Source: Escherichia coli (GTDB lineage Bacteria; Pseudomonadota; Gammaproteobacteria; Enterobacterales; Enterobacteriaceae). Taken from it: a stretch of DNA of 64,000 nt. A model generated the notes under the pieces. It was not told where the DNA came from and did no database searches. It was given only the letters and a program-made list of their open reading frames with translations. Made by a program: the position numbers and the translations under genes. Location of the stretch: NCBI RefSeq assembly GCF_003334315.1, contig NZ_QOWR01000004.1. One strand, written 5' to 3'. Shown one piece after another: positions 1 to 13,152 of the stretch (position 1 is its first letter; each line of letters begins with the position of its first letter).

Positions 1-1
1 C

Positions 2-874
2 GCGGCGCTGATGGACTCACATCAGCAAAAACAGTGGCACAAAGCGCAGAAGAAAAAGCATAAGCAAGAAGCGAAAGCAGCAAAAGCGAAAGCCAAACTG
101 GGCGAGGTGGCAACTGACAGTAAACCCCGCGTCTGGGTGCTGGATTTTAAAGGCAGCATGGACGCCCATGAAGTGAACTCGCTACGTGAAGAGATAACGG
201 CTGTACTCGCAGCATTCAAACCGCAGGATCAGGTTGTGCTACGTCTGGAAAGCCCTGGTGGCATGGTGCATGGTTACGGGTTGGCGGCTTCGCAGCTGCA
301 GCGTCTGCGTGATAAAAACATTCCTTTAACTGTTACGGTAGACAAAGTCGCTGCCAGCGGCGGTTACATGATGGCCTGTGTGGCGGACAAAATTGTTTCC
401 GCACCGTTTGCTATTGTGGGTTCCATTGGCGTGGTGGCGCAAATGCCCAACTTTAACCGCTTCCTGAAAAGCAAAGATATTGATATCGAACTGCACACCG
501 CCGGGCAGTATAAGCGCACGCTGACCTTGCTGGGTGAAAACACCGAAGAAGGGCGGGAGAAATTCCGCGAAGAGCTGAACGAAACGCATCAGTTATTTAA
601 AGATTTTGTGAAGCGTATGCGTCCGTCTCTGGATATTGAACAGGTGGCAACGGGTGAACACTGGTACGGACAACAGGCGGTAGAGAAAGGCCTGGTTGAT
701 GAAATCAACACCAGTGATGAAGTTATTCTTAGCCTGATGGAAGGCCGTGAAGTGGTTAATGTACGCTATATGCAGCGTAAACGACTCATTGACCGATTCA
801 CCGGCAGCGCGGCAGAGAGCGCCGATCGATTGTTGTTACGCTGGTGGCAGCGGGGTCAAAAGCCATTGATGTAA
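2..874 (+). CDS. sohB: S49-family periplasmic protease SohB, 5'-truncated by window edge
   Basis: ORF track 11..874 is open to the window start; protein recognised from memory; synteny with yciN/topA. Confidence 0.85.
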   Translation, partial: AALMDSHQQKQWHKAQKKKHKQEAKAAKAKAKLGEVATDSKPRVWVLDFKGSMDAHEVNSLREEITAVLAAFKPQDQVVLRLESPGGMVHGYGLAASQLQRLRDKNIPLTVTVDKVAASGGYMMACVADKIVSAPFAIVGSIGVVAQMPNFNRFLKSKDIDIELHTAGQYKRTLTLLGENTEEGREKFREELNETHQLFKDFVKRMRPSLDIEQVATGEHWYGQQAVEKGLVDEINTSDEVILSLMEGREVVNVRYMQRKRLIDRFTGSAAESADRLLLRWWQRGQKPLM

Positions 875-879
875 AAGAC

Positions 880-907
880 AAACGCGAGGGTAAGACCTCG
901 CGTTTTG
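880..907. terminator. GC-rich hairpin between convergent sohB and yciN, likely bidirectional intrinsic terminator
   Basis: Read from sequence: aaacgcgaggg-taagacc-tcgcgttttg; approximate coordinates. Confidence 0.55.
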
Positions 908-909
908 CT

Positions 910-1161
910 TTAATCAACCAGGTGATATTTTTCTGAAAGCACATGGGCCAGGTGTTTGAACATATTAAACACCGCGGTGCTTTTGGCTGTTGGCAATCCT
1001 TGTTCATCTAAAAAGTAGTCGCCGGTAAATACCAGCACGCCATTACGCTGCGTGACGCCGGTGGCTTCAATCCCTGCGAGCGTATCCTCATGCTCACGAA
1101 TGATTTTGTTGGCCTCTTTCAACAGCGTTTCGCGGTCGATGGGTTGTGTCTCTTTGTTCAT
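910..1161 (-). CDS. yciN: DUF2498 family protein YciN (83 aa)
   Basis: ORF track 910..1161; 83 aa matches expected length; position upstream of topA. Confidence 0.85.
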
Positions 1162-1540
1162 TATTTACTCCTTAAACAAGGACATTAGTCTACGCCAGGC
1201 ATGGCTTGCAGACAAATATACCACGCTGGTGGCAAGAGCGCCTTACTGGCAACTTTGGATTTTGCATGCTAATAAAGTTGCGTATCGGATTTTATCAGGT
1301 ACAGTGTGACGCTTTCGTCAATCTGGCAATAGATTTGCTTGACATTCGACCAAAATTCCGTCGTGCTATAGCGCCTGTAGGCCAAGACCTGTTAACTCAG
1401 TCACCTGAATTTTCGTGAACAGAGTCACGACAAGGGGTTGATATCCGCAGAGAGCGAGTCCATATCGGTAACTCGTTGCCAGTGGAAGGTTTATCAACGT
1501 GCGACGCATTCCTGGAAGAATCAAATTAGGTAAGGTGAAT

Positions 1541-4138
1541 ATGGGTAAAGCTCTTGTCATCGTTGAGTCCCCGGCAAAAGCCAAAACGATCAACAAGTAT
1601 CTGGGTAGTGACTACGTGGTGAAATCCAGCGTCGGTCACATCCGCGATTTGCCGACCAGTGGCTCAGCTGCCAAAAAGAGTGCCGACTCTACCTCCACCA
1701 AGACGGCTAAAAAGCCTAAAAAGGATGAACGTGGCGCTCTCGTCAACCGTATGGGGGTTGACCCGTGGCACAATTGGGAGGCGCACTATGAAGTGTTGCC
1801 TGGTAAAGAGAAGGTCGTCTCTGAACTGAAACAACTGGCTGAAAAAGCCGACCACATCTATCTCGCAACCGACCTTGACCGCGAAGGGGAAGCCATTGCA
1901 TGGCACCTGCGGGAAGTGATTGGTGGTGATGATGCGCGCTATAGCCGAGTGGTGTTTAACGAAATTACTAAAAACGCGATCCGCCAGGCATTTAACAAAC
2001 CGGGTGAGCTGAATATTGATCGTGTTAATGCCCAGCAGGCGCGTCGCTTTATGGACCGCGTGGTGGGGTATATGGTTTCGCCGCTGCTATGGAAAAAGAT
2101 CGCTCGTGGTCTGTCTGCCGGTCGTGTGCAGTCGGTGGCGGTTCGCCTGGTGGTCGAGCGTGAGCGTGAAATTAAAGCGTTCGTGCCGGAAGAGTTCTGG
2201 GAAGTCGATGCCAGCACGACCACGCCATCTGGTGAAGCGTTGGCGTTGCAGGTGACTCATCAGAACGACAAACCGTTCCGTCCGGTCAACAAAGAACAAA
2301 CTCAGGCTGCGGTAAGTCTGCTGGAAAAAGCGCGCTACAGCGTGCTGGAACGTGAAGACAAACCGACAACCAGTAAACCTGGCGCTCCTTTTATTACCTC
2401 TACGCTGCAACAAGCTGCCAGCACCCGTCTTGGATTTGGCGTGAAAAAAACCATGATGATGGCGCAGCGTTTGTATGAAGCAGGCTATATCACTTACATG
2501 CGTACCGACTCCACTAACCTGAGTCAGGACGCGGTAAATATGGTTCGCGGTTATATCAGCGATAATTTTGGTAAGAAATATCTGCCGGAAAGTCCGAATC
2601 AGTACGCCAGCAAAGAAAACTCACAGGAAGCGCACGAAGCGATTCGTCCTTCTGACGTCAATGTGATGGCGGAATCGCTGAAGGATATGGAAGCAGATGC
2701 GCAGAAACTGTACCAGTTAATCTGGCGTCAGTTCGTTGCCTGCCAGATGACCCCAGCGAAATATGACTCCACGACGCTGACCGTTGGTGCGGGCGATTTC
2801 CGCCTGAAAGCACGCGGTCGTATTTTGCGCTTTGATGGCTGGACGAAAGTGATGCCTGCACTGCGTAAAGGCGATGAAGATCGTATCTTACCGGCAGTCG
2901 ATAAAGGCGATGCTCTGACGCTCGTTGAACTGACACCAGCCCAGCACTTTACCAAGCCGCCAGCCCGTTTCAGTGAAGCATCGCTGGTTAAAGAACTGGA
3001 AAAACGTGGTATCGGTCGTCCGTCTACCTATGCGTCGATCATTTCGACCATTCAGGATCGTGGCTATGTGCGAGTAGAAAATCGTCGTTTCTATGCGGAA
3101 AAAATGGGCGAAATCGTCACCGATCGCCTGGAAGAGAATTTCCGCGAGTTAATGAACTACGACTTCACCGCGCAGATGGAAAACAGCCTCGACCAGGTGG
3201 CAAATCACGAAGCAGAGTGGAAAGCTGTACTGGATCACTTCTTCTCGGATTTCACCCAGCAGTTAGATAAAGCTGAAAAAGATCCGGAAGAGGGTGGTAT
3301 GCGCCCGAACCAGATGGTTCTGACCAGCATTGACTGCCCGACTTGTGGTCGCAAAATGGGGATTCGCACAGCGAGCACCGGGGTATTCCTTGGCTGTTCT
3401 GGCTATGCGCTGCCGCCGAAAGAGCGTTGCAAAACCACCATTAACCTGGTGCCGGAAAACGAAGTGCTGAACGTGCTGGAAGGCGAAGACGCTGAAACCA
3501 ACGCGCTGCGCGCAAAACGTCGTTGCCCGAAATGCGGCACGGCGATGGACAGCTATCTCATCGATCCGAAACGTAAGTTGCATGTCTGTGGTAATAACCC
3601 AACCTGCGACGGTTACGAGATCGAAGAGGGCGAATTCCGCATTAAAGGTTATGACGGCCCGATCGTTGAGTGTGAAAAATGTGGCTCTGAAATGCACCTG
3701 AAAATGGGGCGTTTCGGTAAATACATGGCCTGCACCAACGAAGAGTGTAAAAACACACGTAAGATTTTACGTAACGGCGAAGTGGCACCACCGAAAGAAG
3801 ATCCGGTGCCATTACCTGAGCTGCCGTGCGAAAAATCAGATGCTTATTTCGTGCTGCGTGACGGCGCTGCCGGTGTGTTCCTGGCTGCCAACACTTTCCC
3901 GAAATCGCGTGAAACGCGTGCGCCACTGGTGGAAGAGCTTTATCGCTTCCGCGACCGTCTGCCGGAAAAACTGCGTTATCTGGCAGATGCGCCACAGCAG
4001 GATCCTGAAGGTAATAAGACCATGGTTCGCTTTAGCCGTAAAACCAAACAGCAATATGTCTCTTCGGAAAAAGACGGAAAGGCGACTGGCTGGTCAGCAT
4101 TTTATGTTGATGGCAAATGGGTTGAAGGGAAAAAATAA
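1541..4138 (+). CDS. topA: DNA topoisomerase I (865 aa)
   Basis: ORF track 1499..4138; start moved to in-frame ATG ([22 protein letters not shown]-terminus); C-terminal Cys-rich zinc-ribbon repeats. Confidence 0.95.
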   Translation: MGKALVIVESPAKAKTINKYLGSDYVVKSSVGHIRDLPTSGSAAKKSADSTSTKTAKKPKKDERGALVNRMGVDPWHNWEAHYEVLPGKEKVVSELKQLAEKADHIYLATDLDREGEAIAWHLREVIGGDDARYSRVVFNEITKNAIRQAFNKPGELNIDRVNAQQARRFMDRVVGYMVSPLLWKKIARGLSAGRVQSVAVRLVVEREREIKAFVPEEFWEVDASTTTPSGEALALQVTHQNDKPFRPVNKEQTQAAVSLLEKARYSVLEREDKPTTSKPGAPFITSTLQQAASTRLGFGVKKTMMMAQRLYEAGYITYMRTDSTNLSQDAVNMVRGYISDNFGKKYLPESPNQYASKENSQEAHEAIRPSDVNVMAESLKDMEADAQKLYQLIWRQFVACQMTPAKYDSTTLTVGAGDFRLKARGRILRFDGWTKVMPALRKGDEDRILPAVDKGDALTLVELTPAQHFTKPPARFSEASLVKELEKRGIGRPSTYASIISTIQDRGYVRVENRRFYAEKMGEIVTDRLEENFRELMNYDFTAQMENSLDQVANHEAEWKAVLDHFFSDFTQQLDKAEKDPEEGGMRPNQMVLTSIDCPTCGRKMGIRTASTGVFLGCSGYALPPKERCKTTINLVPENEVLNVLEGEDAETNALRAKRRCPKCGTAMDSYLIDPKRKLHVCGNNPTCDGYEIEEGEFRIKGYDGPIVECEKCGSEMHLKMGRFGKYMACTNEECKNTRKILRNGEVAPPKEDPVPLPELPCEKSDAYFVLRDGAAGVFLAANTFPKSRETRAPLVEELYRFRDRLPEKLRYLADAPQQDPEGNKTMVRFSRKTKQQYVSSEKDGKATGWSAFYVDGKWVEGKK

Positions 4139-4167
4139 CCTTTAATTCTGTCAGGTTTTTATAAACA

Positions 4168-4196
4168 AAGGGTCGCGAAAGCGGCCCTTTTTTATT
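4168..4196 (+). terminator. Intrinsic terminator downstream of topA
   Basis: Read from sequence: hairpin gggtcgcgaaagcggccc followed by T-run; approximate coordinates. Confidence 0.6.
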
Positions 4197-4324
4197 GCAT
4201 ATTATTTTTTCTTCACACCTATACACTAAGGCTATAAATGATATAGTGGTTATAGTTAGCACCTTTTTTATTATTAAATCGTATTAGTCACGCCGCCTGG
4301 TGTGACGAAAAAACGATGTTCTGA

Positions 4325-5323
<999 letters not shown>

Positions 5324-5653
5324 TTTCTTGCGTTATTTTCGGCACCTTTTATGTAGCGAAGGTGCCGGAATATATTCTCTTTTGTTACTTATTTGTATAC
5401 CGTGCACAATATTTTTATCCCTCATATTTATAGGGTAAATTACCTGTAAAGTAGTGTCTAATTACCCGCCTCGCAAATTCCAGTTTTCAAATATCTATTT
5501 CAGGTCAAAAGATTGAATTATTCACTGGAGACGATTCGTAAATTCGCTGGATTTTTGACTAAAGTTTCTTTAGGATTTGTCTCATCGTATGATTAATTAC
5601 ACCAATCGTTCAACGTCTTGCTGATAAGTGATGGCGATTATATGAGGTTAGCA

Positions 5654-5782
5654 ATGCCTTCTGGAAATCAGGAACCCCGCCGCGATCCTGAATTAAAACG
5701 TAAAGCCTGGCTGGCGGTTTTTCTTGGTTCTGCACTTTTCTGGGTGGTTGTCGCACTGCTGATTTGGAAAGTGTGGGGATAA
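5654..5782 (+). CDS. ymiA: Small membrane protein YmiA (42 aa)
   Basis: Read from sequence: ATG..TAA encoding MPSGNQEPRRDPELKRKAWLAVFLGSALFWVVVALLIWKVWG; below ORF-track size cutoff; stop overlaps the yciX upstream frame. Confidence 0.7.
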   Translation: MPSGNQEPRRDPELKRKAWLAVFLGSALFWVVVALLIWKVWG

Positions 5783-5784
5783 CT

Positions 5785-5952
5785 ATGGTCGGTCAGGAGC
5801 AACTGGAGTCGTCACCATTATGCCAGCATAGTGACAATGAAACAGAAACGAAACGGGAATGTTCCGTCGTTATTCCAGACGACTGGCAACTAACATCGCA
5901 GCAGCAAGCCTTTATAGAACTGTTTGCTGAAGATGATCAGCCGAAACAATAA
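5785..5952 (+). CDS. yciX: Small protein YciX (55 aa)
   Basis: ORF track 5764..5952 (TTG-initiated); annotated here from internal ATG (MVGQEQLESSPLCQHSD...). Confidence 0.7.
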   Translation: MVGQEQLESSPLCQHSDNETETKRECSVVIPDDWQLTSQQQAFIELFAEDDQPKQ

Positions 5953-6065
5953 TTATCATCATTCTTATTACCCATTTTTAATGAATTACAGGGCTTTTAA
6001 TACACCGCAGCAATAACAGGTTGAGTTATCTCAACACAAAGTAATAACCGTTAAGGGTGTAGCCT

Positions 6066-6161
6066 ATGATCAACACAAATATGAAATATTGGTCCTGGAT
6101 GGGCGCGTTTTCTCTGTCGATGCTCTTCTGGGCCGAACTCCTCTGGATCATTACTCACTGA
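6066..6161 (+). CDS. Candidate 31-aa hydrophobic small protein upstream of acnA
   Basis: Read from sequence: MINTNMKYWSWMGAFSLSMLFWAELLWIITH; single predicted TM helix; not in ORF track (too short); not matched to a named gene. Confidence 0.3.
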   Translation: MINTNMKYWSWMGAFSLSMLFWAELLWIITH

Positions 6162-6324
6162 TCCCTGACCCCGTTGCGGCGGGGTTTTCATTTGCTTTGC
6201 CACAAGGTTTCTCCTCTTTTATCAATTTGGGTTGTTATCAAATCGTTACGCGATGTTTGTGTTATCTTTAATATTCACCCTGAAGAGAATCAGGGCTTCG
6301 CAACCCTGTCATTAAGGAGGAGCT

Positions 6325-9000
6325 ATGTCGTCAACCCTACGAGAAGCCAGTAAGGACGCGTTGCAGGCCAAAGATAAAACTTACCACTACTACAGCCTGC
6401 CGCTTGCTGCCAAATCACTGGGCGATATCACCCGTCTACCCAAGTCACTCAAAGTTTTGCTCGAAAACCTGCTGCGCTGGCAGGATGGTAACTCGGTTAC
6501 CGAAGAGGATATCCACGCGCTGGCGGGATGGCTGAAAAATGCCCATGCTGACCGTGAAATTGCCTACCGCCCGGCAAGGGTGCTGATGCAGGACTTTACC
6601 GGCGTACCTGCCGTTGTTGATCTGGCGGCAATGCGCGAAGCGGTTAAACGCCTCGGCGGCGATACTGCAAAGGTTAATCCGCTCTCACCGGTCGACCTGG
6701 TCATTGACCACTCGGTGACTGTCGATCGTTTTGGTGATGATGAGGCATTTGAAGAAAACGTACGCCTGGAAATGGAGCGCAACCACGAACGTTATGTGTT
6801 CCTGAAATGGGGAAAGCAGGCGTTCAGTCGGTTTAGCGTCGTGCCGCCAGGCACAGGCATTTGCCATCAGGTTAACCTCGAATATCTCGGCAAAGCAGTG
6901 TGGAGCGAATTGCAGGACGGTGAATGGATTGCTTATCCGGATACACTCGTTGGTACTGACTCGCACACCACCATGATCAACGGCCTTGGCGTGCTGGGGT
7001 GGGGCGTTGGTGGCATCGAAGCAGAAGCCGCAATGTTAGGCCAGCCGGTTTCCATGCTTATCCCGGACGTAGTGGGCTTCAAACTTACCGGAAAATTACG
7101 TGAAGGTATTACCGCCACAGACCTGGTTCTCACTGTTACCCAAATGCTGCGCAAACATGGCGTGGTGGGGAAATTCGTCGAATTTTATGGTGATGGTCTG
7201 GATTCACTACCGTTGGCGGATCGCGCCACCATTGCCAATATGTCGCCAGAATATGGTGCCACCTGTGGCTTCTTCCCAATCGATGCTGTAACCCTCGATT
7301 ACATGCGTTTAAGCGGGCGCAGCGAAGATCAGGTCGAGTTGGTCGAAAAATATGCCAAAGCGCAGGGCATGTGGCGTAACCCGGGCGATGAACCGATTTT
7401 TACCAGTACGTTAGAACTGGATATGAATGACGTTGAAGCGAGCCTGGCAGGGCCAAAACGCCCACAGGATCGCGTTGCACTGCCCGATGTACCAAAAGCA
7501 TTTGCCGCCAGTAACGAACTGGAAGTGAATGCCACGCATAAAGATCGCCAGCCGGTCGATTATGTTATGAACGGACATCAGTATCAGTTACCTGATGGCG
7601 CTGTGGTCATTGCTGCGATAACCTCGTGCACCAACACCTCTAACCCAAGTGTGCTGATGGCCGCAGGCTTGCTGGCGAAAAAAGCCGTAACTCTGGGCCT
7701 CAAGCGGCAACCATGGGTCAAAGCGTCGCTGGCACCGGGTTCGAAAGTCGTTTCTGATTATCTGGCAAAAGCGAAACTGACACCGTATCTCGACGAACTG
7801 GGGTTTAACCTTGTGGGATACGGTTGTACCACCTGTATTGGTAACTCTGGGCCGCTGCCCGATCCTATCGAAACGGCAATCAAAAAAGGCGATTTAACCG
7901 TCGGTGCGGTGCTGTCCGGCAACCGTAACTTTGAAGGCCGTATCCATCCGCTGGTTAAAACTAACTGGCTGGCCTCGCCGCCGCTGGTGGTTGCCTATGC
8001 GCTGGCGGGAAATATGAATATCAACCTGGCTTCTGAGCCTATCGGCCATGATCGCAAAGGCGATCCGGTTTATCTGAAAGATATCTGGCCATCGGCACAA
8101 GAAATTGCCCGTGCGGTAGAACAAGTCTCCACAGAAATGTTCCGCAAAGAGTACGCAGAAGTTTTTGAAGGCACAGCAGAGTGGAAGGGAATTCACGTCA
8201 CACGATCCGATACCTACGGTTGGCAGGAGGACTCAACCTATATTCGCTTATCGCCTTTCTTTGATGAAATGCAGGCAACACCAGCACCAGTGGAAGATAT
8301 TCACGGTGCGCGGATCCTCGCAATGCTGGGGGATTCAGTCACCACTGACCATATCTCTCCGGCGGGCAGTATTAAGCCCGACAGCCCAGCGGGTCGATAT
8401 CTACAAGGTCGGGGTGTTGAGCGAAAAGACTTTAACTCCTACGGTTCGCGGCGTGGTAACCATGAAGTGATGATGCGCGGCACCTTCGCCAATATTCGCA
8501 TCCGTAATGAAATGGTGCCTGGCGTTGAAGGGGGGATGACGCGGCATTTACCTTACAGCGACGTAGTCTCTATTTATGATGCTGCGATGCGCTATAAGCA
8601 GGAGCAAACGCCGCTGGCGGTGATTGCCGGGAAAGAGTATGGATCAGGCTCCAGTCGTGACTGGGCGGCAAAAGGTCCGCGTCTGCTTGGTATTCGTGTG
8701 GTGATTGCCGAATCGTTTGAACGAATTCACCGTTCGAATTTAATTGGCATGGGCATCCTGCCGCTGGAATTTCCGCAAGGCGTAACGCGTAAAACGTTAG
8801 GGCTAACCGGGGAAGAGAAGATTGATATTGGCGATCTGCAAAACCTACAACCCGGCGCGACGGTTTCGGTGACGCTTACGCGCGCGGATGGTAGCCAGGA
8901 AGTCGTACCCTGCCGTTGTCGTATCGACACCGCGACGGAGTTGACCTACTACCAGAACGACGGCATTTTGCATTATGTCATTCGTAATATGTTGAAGTAA
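6325..9000 (+). CDS. acnA: Aconitate hydratase A (891 aa)
   Basis: ORF track; RBS aggagg upstream; aconitase family motifs with Cys ligands; length 891 aa. Confidence 0.95.
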   Translation: MSSTLREASKDALQAKDKTYHYYSLPLAAKSLGDITRLPKSLKVLLENLLRWQDGNSVTEEDIHALAGWLKNAHADREIAYRPARVLMQDFTGVPAVVDLAAMREAVKRLGGDTAKVNPLSPVDLVIDHSVTVDRFGDDEAFEENVRLEMERNHERYVFLKWGKQAFSRFSVVPPGTGICHQVNLEYLGKAVWSELQDGEWIAYPDTLVGTDSHTTMINGLGVLGWGVGGIEAEAAMLGQPVSMLIPDVVGFKLTGKLREGITATDLVLTVTQMLRKHGVVGKFVEFYGDGLDSLPLADRATIANMSPEYGATCGFFPIDAVTLDYMRLSGRSEDQVELVEKYAKAQGMWRNPGDEPIFTSTLELDMNDVEASLAGPKRPQDRVALPDVPKAFAASNELEVNATHKDRQPVDYVMNGHQYQLPDGAVVIAAITSCTNTSNPSVLMAAGLLAKKAVTLGLKRQPWVKASLAPGSKVVSDYLAKAKLTPYLDELGFNLVGYGCTTCIGNSGPLPDPIETAIKKGDLTVGAVLSGNRNFEGRIHPLVKTNWLASPPLVVAYALAGNMNINLASEPIGHDRKGDPVYLKDIWPSAQEIARAVEQVSTEMFRKEYAEVFEGTAEWKGIHVTRSDTYGWQEDSTYIRLSPFFDEMQATPAPVEDIHGARILAMLGDSVTTDHISPAGSIKPDSPAGRYLQGRGVERKDFNSYGSRRGNHEVMMRGTFANIRIRNEMVPGVEGGMTRHLPYSDVVSIYDAAMRYKQEQTPLAVIAGKEYGSGSSRDWAAKGPRLLGIRVVIAESFERIHRSNLIGMGILPLEFPQGVTRKTLGLTGEEKIDIGDLQNLQPGATVSVTLTRADGSQEVVPCRCRIDTATELTYYQNDGILHYVIRNMLK

Positions 9001-9007
9001 CAACTAT

Positions 9008-9040
9008 TTGCTTGCCGGTTATTTTGCTTCCGGCAAGCAA
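9008..9040. terminator. Hairpin between convergent acnA and ribA, likely bidirectional terminator
   Basis: Read from sequence: cttgccgg-ttattttgctt-ccggcaag; approximate coordinates. Confidence 0.6.
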
Positions 9041-9063
9041 ATGAATTACACAATGCAAGAGGG

Positions 9064-9654
9064 TTATTTGTTCAGCAAATGGCCCATTTTCTCGGCTTTG
9101 GTATCGAGATAATGTTCGTTATTGGGGTTACGACCTACAATCAATGGTACGCGTTCAACAATATTAATCCCTGCTTCGGTCAGAATTTCGACTTTTTTCG
9201 GGTTATTGGTTAACAAGCGGACTTCATTGACGCCAAGGAGTTTGAACATATCAGCGCAAAGAGTGAAGTCGCGCTCATCAGCGGCGAAGCCTAACTGGTG
9301 GTTAGCCTCTACGGTATCGTAACCTTGATCCTGCAGTGCGTAAGCGCGGATTTTATTCAGCAGACCAATGTTACGACCTTCCTGACGGTGATACAGCAAA
9401 ATACCACGGCCTTCCTCGGCAATTTGCGTCAATGCCGCTTCGAGCTGGAAGCCACAATCGCAGCGCAAGCTGAACAGGGCGTCACCGGTCAGACATTCGG
9501 AATGGACGCGCGCAAGTACCGGGGTATGCCCGGAAATATCGCCATAGACTAGCGCGACATGATCGTGTCCGGTTGCCAGTTCTTCAAATCCCACCATCAG
9601 GAAATCGCCCCATGGGGTTGGCAGTTTGGCTTCTGCCACACGTTTAAGCTGCAT
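9064..9654 (-). CDS. ribA: GTP cyclohydrolase II (196 aa)
   Basis: ORF track 9064..9717; start moved to internal Met ([18 protein letters not shown]); Cys-x2-Cys-x-Cys zinc motif. Confidence 0.92.
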
Positions 9655-9823
9655 GAAATTCTCCAGATAATGCTGGTTCTGTATTGGCTTATTTTGCCAT
9701 AACGAGAAGGGGTTCACCTAATCACGACGCGTCGATCGTTCACGGAATGGCACAAATCTGTCAATTTTTCCTGGAACTGGCGTTTTCAGTTATGATTGTG
9801 GGACTTATCAAAAAGGAGAGGCC

Positions 9824-10588
9824 ATGCGTTCGATTGCCAGACGTACCGCAGTGGGAGCTGCACTATTGCTTGTCATGCCAGTAGCCGTATGGATTTCTGG
9901 CTGGCGTTGGCAACCTGGAGAACAAAGTTGGCTACTAAAAGCGGCTTTTTGGGTTACTGAAACTGTCACCCAGCCCTGGGGCGTCATTACACATTTGATT
10001 TTATTCGGCTGGTTTCTCTGGTGTCTGCGTTTTCGCATTAAGGCTGCCTTTGTATTATTTGCCATTCTGGCGGCCGCAATCCTTGTGGGACAAGGCGTTA
10101 AATCCTGGATCAAAGACAAAGTCCAGGAACCACGACCTTTTGTTATCTGGCTGGAAAAAACACATCATATTCCGGTTGATGAGTTCTACACTTTAAAGCG
10201 AGCAGAACGCGGAAATCTAGTGAAAGAACAGTTGGCTGAAGAGAAAAATATCCCACAATATTTGCGTTCACACTGGCAGAAAGAGACGGGGTTTGCCTTT
10301 CCTTCCGGTCACACGATGTTTGCTGCCAGTTGGGCACTGCTGGCCGTTGGTTTGCTGTGGCCGCGTCGGCGAACGTTAACCATTGCTATCTTGCTGGTCT
10401 GGGCAACGGGAGTCATGGGAAGCCGCCTGCTGCTCGGGATGCATTGGCCACGCGATCTGGTAGTAGCTACGTTGATTTCGTGGGCGCTGGTGGCGGTGGC
10501 AACGTGGCTTGCGCAACGAATTTGTGGGCCATTAACACCACCTGCGGAAGAAAATCGCGAAATAGCGCAACGAGAACAAGAAAGTTAA
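9824..10588 (+). CDS. pgpB: Phosphatidylglycerophosphatase B (254 aa, PAP2 family)
   Basis: ORF track; multi-TM protein, PSGH motif of PAP2 phosphatases. Confidence 0.9.
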   Translation: MRSIARRTAVGAALLLVMPVAVWISGWRWQPGEQSWLLKAAFWVTETVTQPWGVITHLILFGWFLWCLRFRIKAAFVLFAILAAAILVGQGVKSWIKDKVQEPRPFVIWLEKTHHIPVDEFYTLKRAERGNLVKEQLAEEKNIPQYLRSHWQKETGFAFPSGHTMFAASWALLAVGLLWPRRRTLTIAILLVWATGVMGSRLLLGMHWPRDLVVATLISWALVAVATWLAQRICGPLTPPAEENREIAQREQES

Positions 10589-10736
10589 CGCTGGTTGATT
10601 TTCCGAATTTAGCCCTTAAATCATCAACAATGCGTGTGGATGCCATTTCGCAGACGGCGCGAAAATGGTACTTTAAAGGGCTATTGCGGTAAGTTGACCA
10701 TAATTTATTCGCTCTAACCACATAACGGGAAGTAAT

Positions 10737-11045
10737 GTGAAATATTTACTCATTTTCTTACTGGTGTTAGCGATCTTCGTGATTTCGGTCACGTTGGGTG
10801 CGCAGAACGATCAACAGGTGACGTTTAATTATCTGTTAGCGCAAGGGGAGTACCGTATTTCCACATTGCTGGCGGTATTGTTTGCTGCGGGGTTTGCTAT
10901 CGGTTGGTTGATTTGTGGCCTGTTCTGGCTGCGAGTTCGTGTTTCCCTGGCGCGCGCTGAACGTAAAATAAAGCGACTGGAAAACCAGCTTTCACCCGCG
11001 ACTGACGTGGCTGTAGTGCCGCACTCGTCAGCGGCGAAGGAATAA
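10737..11045 (+). CDS. lapA: LPS assembly protein LapA (YciS), 102 aa
   Basis: ORF track; small 2-TM protein immediately upstream of lapB. Confidence 0.85.
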   Translation: MKYLLIFLLVLAIFVISVTLGAQNDQQVTFNYLLAQGEYRISTLLAVLFAAGFAIGWLICGLFWLRVRVSLARAERKIKRLENQLSPATDVAVVPHSSAAKE

Positions 11046-11051
11046 CTTTCT

Positions 11052-12221
11052 ATGCTGGAGTTGTTGTTTCTGCTTTTGCCTGTAGCCGCTGCCTATGGCT
11101 GGTATATGGGCCGCAGAAGTGCGCAACAAAACAAGCAAGATGAAGCCAACCGCTTGTCGCGTGATTACGTAGCGGGGGTTAACTTCCTGCTTAGTAATCA
11201 ACAGGATAAAGCGGTAGACCTGTTTCTCGATATGCTTAAAGAGGATACAGGCACCGTTGAAGCCCACCTTACGCTCGGAAACCTGTTCCGTTCGCGTGGC
11301 GAAGTTGATCGCGCTATTCGCATCCATCAGACCCTAATGGAAAGCGCCTCGCTGACCTATGAACAGCGTCTGTTGGCGATTCAACAACTGGGGCGTGATT
11401 ACATGGCCGCCGGGTTATATGACCGCGCGGAAGACATGTTCAATCAGCTGACCGATGAAACTGACTTCCGCATTGGCGCGCTGCAACAGTTGCTACAAAT
11501 CTACCAGGCTACCAGTGAGTGGCAGAAAGCAATTGATGTTGCCGAACGCCTGGTGAAGCTGGGTAAAGATAAACAGCGCGTCGAAATTGCCCATTTCTAC
11601 TGTGAGTTAGCCCTGCAGCACATGGCCAGCGACGATCTCGATCGTGCCATGACCTTGCTAAAAAAAGGGGCGGCGGCAGATAAAAACAGCGCCCGCGTAT
11701 CCATAATGATGGGACGCGTGTTTATGGCGAAAGGAGAATACGCCAAAGCCGTCGAAAGTCTGCAACGCGTGATATCCCAGGACAGAGAACTGGTCAGCGA
11801 AACGCTGGAAATGTTGCAAACCTGCTATCAGCAGTTGGGTAAAACTGCCGAATGGGCAGAATTCCTGCAGCGTGCGGTGGAAGAGAACACCGGTGCCGAT
11901 GCTGAATTGATGCTTGCTGATATCATCGAAGCACGCGACGGTAGTGAGGCCGCACAGGTCTATATTACGCGCCAGCTTCAGCGTCATCCGACCATGCGTG
12001 TGTTCCATAAGTTAATGGATTACCACTTAAATGAAGCGGAAGAAGGGCGTGCCAAAGAGAGCCTGATGGTGCTGCGTGACATGGTTGGCGAGAAGGTACG
12101 TAGTAAGCCTCGTTATCGTTGCCAGAAATGTGGTTTTACCGCATACACCCTCTACTGGCATTGTCCGTCTTGTCGGGCCTGGTCAACCATTAAACCGATT
12201 CGCGGTCTTGATGGCCTGTAA
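11052..12221 (+). CDS. lapB: LPS assembly protein LapB (YciM), TPR repeats plus C-terminal rubredoxin-like Cys motif (389 aa)
   Basis: ORF track; C-terminal CQKCGF...CPSC motif; length 389. Confidence 0.9.
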   Translation: MLELLFLLLPVAAAYGWYMGRRSAQQNKQDEANRLSRDYVAGVNFLLSNQQDKAVDLFLDMLKEDTGTVEAHLTLGNLFRSRGEVDRAIRIHQTLMESASLTYEQRLLAIQQLGRDYMAAGLYDRAEDMFNQLTDETDFRIGALQQLLQIYQATSEWQKAIDVAERLVKLGKDKQRVEIAHFYCELALQHMASDDLDRAMTLLKKGAAADKNSARVSIMMGRVFMAKGEYAKAVESLQRVISQDRELVSETLEMLQTCYQQLGKTAEWAEFLQRAVEENTGADAELMLADIIEARDGSEAAQVYITRQLQRHPTMRVFHKLMDYHLNEAEEGRAKESLMVLRDMVGEKVRSKPRYRCQKCGFTAYTLYWHCPSCRAWSTIKPIRGLDGL

Positions 12222-12414
12222 TTTTTAAAAAAAATCCGACTTTAGTTACAACATACTAATTATTAATGTTCCATTGTGCTCCGGCAACGACGGCGCAGAA
12301 AAAGCCTGCCAGGGGAGAAATCGCAACTGTTAATTTTTTATTTCCACGGGTAGAATGCTCGCCGTTTACCTGTTTCGCGCCACTTCCGGTGCCCATCATC
12401 AAGAAGGTCTGGTC

Positions 12415-13152
12415 ATGACGTTAACTGCTTCATCTTCTTCCCGCGCTGTTACGAATTCTCCTGTGGTTGTTGCCCTTGATTATCATAATCGTGATGACGC
12501 GCTGGCCTTTGTCGACAAGATCGACCCACGCGATTGTCGTCTGAAGGTCGGCAAAGAGATGTTTACATTGTTTGGGCCACAGTTTGTGCGCGAACTTCAA
12601 CAGCGTGGTTTTGATATCTTTCTTGACCTGAAATTCCACGATATCCCCAACACTGCAGCGCACGCTGTCGCTGCTGCAGCTGACTTAGGCGTGTGGATGG
12701 TGAATGTTCATGCCTCTGGTGGGGCGCGTATGATGACCGCAGCGCGTGAGGCACTGGTTCCGTTTGGCAAAGATGCACCGCTTTTGATTGCTGTGACAGT
12801 GTTGACCAGCATGGAAGCCAGCGACCTGGTCGATCTTGGCATGACACTGTCACCTGCAGATTATGCAGAACGTCTGGCGGCACTGACGCAAAAATGTGGC
12901 CTTGATGGTGTGGTGTGTTCTGCTCAGGAAGCTGTGCGCTTTAAACAGGTATTCGGTCAGGAGTTCAAACTGGTTACGCCGGGCATTCGTCCGCAGGGGA
13001 GTGAAGCTGGTGACCAGCGCCGCATTATGACGCCAGAACAGGCGTTGTCGGCTGGTGTTGATTATATGGTGATTGGTCGCCCGGTAACGCAATCGGTAGA
13101 TCCAGCGCAGACGCTGAAAGCGATCAACGCCTCTTTACAGCGGAGTGCATGA
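12415..13152 (+). CDS. pyrF: Orotidine-5'-phosphate decarboxylase (245 aa)
   Basis: ORF track 12355..13152; start moved to internal ATG ([12 protein letters not shown]). Confidence 0.92.
   Translation: MTLTASSSSRAVTNSPVVVALDYHNRDDALAFVDKIDPRDCRLKVGKEMFTLFGPQFVRELQQRGFDIFLDLKFHDIPNTAAHAVAAAADLGVWMVNVHASGGARMMTAAREALVPFGKDAPLLIAVTVLTSMEASDLVDLGMTLSPADYAERLAALTQKCGLDGVVCSAQEAVRFKQVFGQEFKLVTPGIRPQGSEAGDQRRIMTPEQALSAGVDYMVIGRPVTQSVDPAQTLKAINASLQRSA

Noticed and set aside
6089-6271. 60-aa ORF upstream of acnA
   Set aside because: Sits in the acnA promoter/leader with no convincing RBS; the shorter 31-aa frame at about 6066-6161 is the more plausible small-protein candidate.
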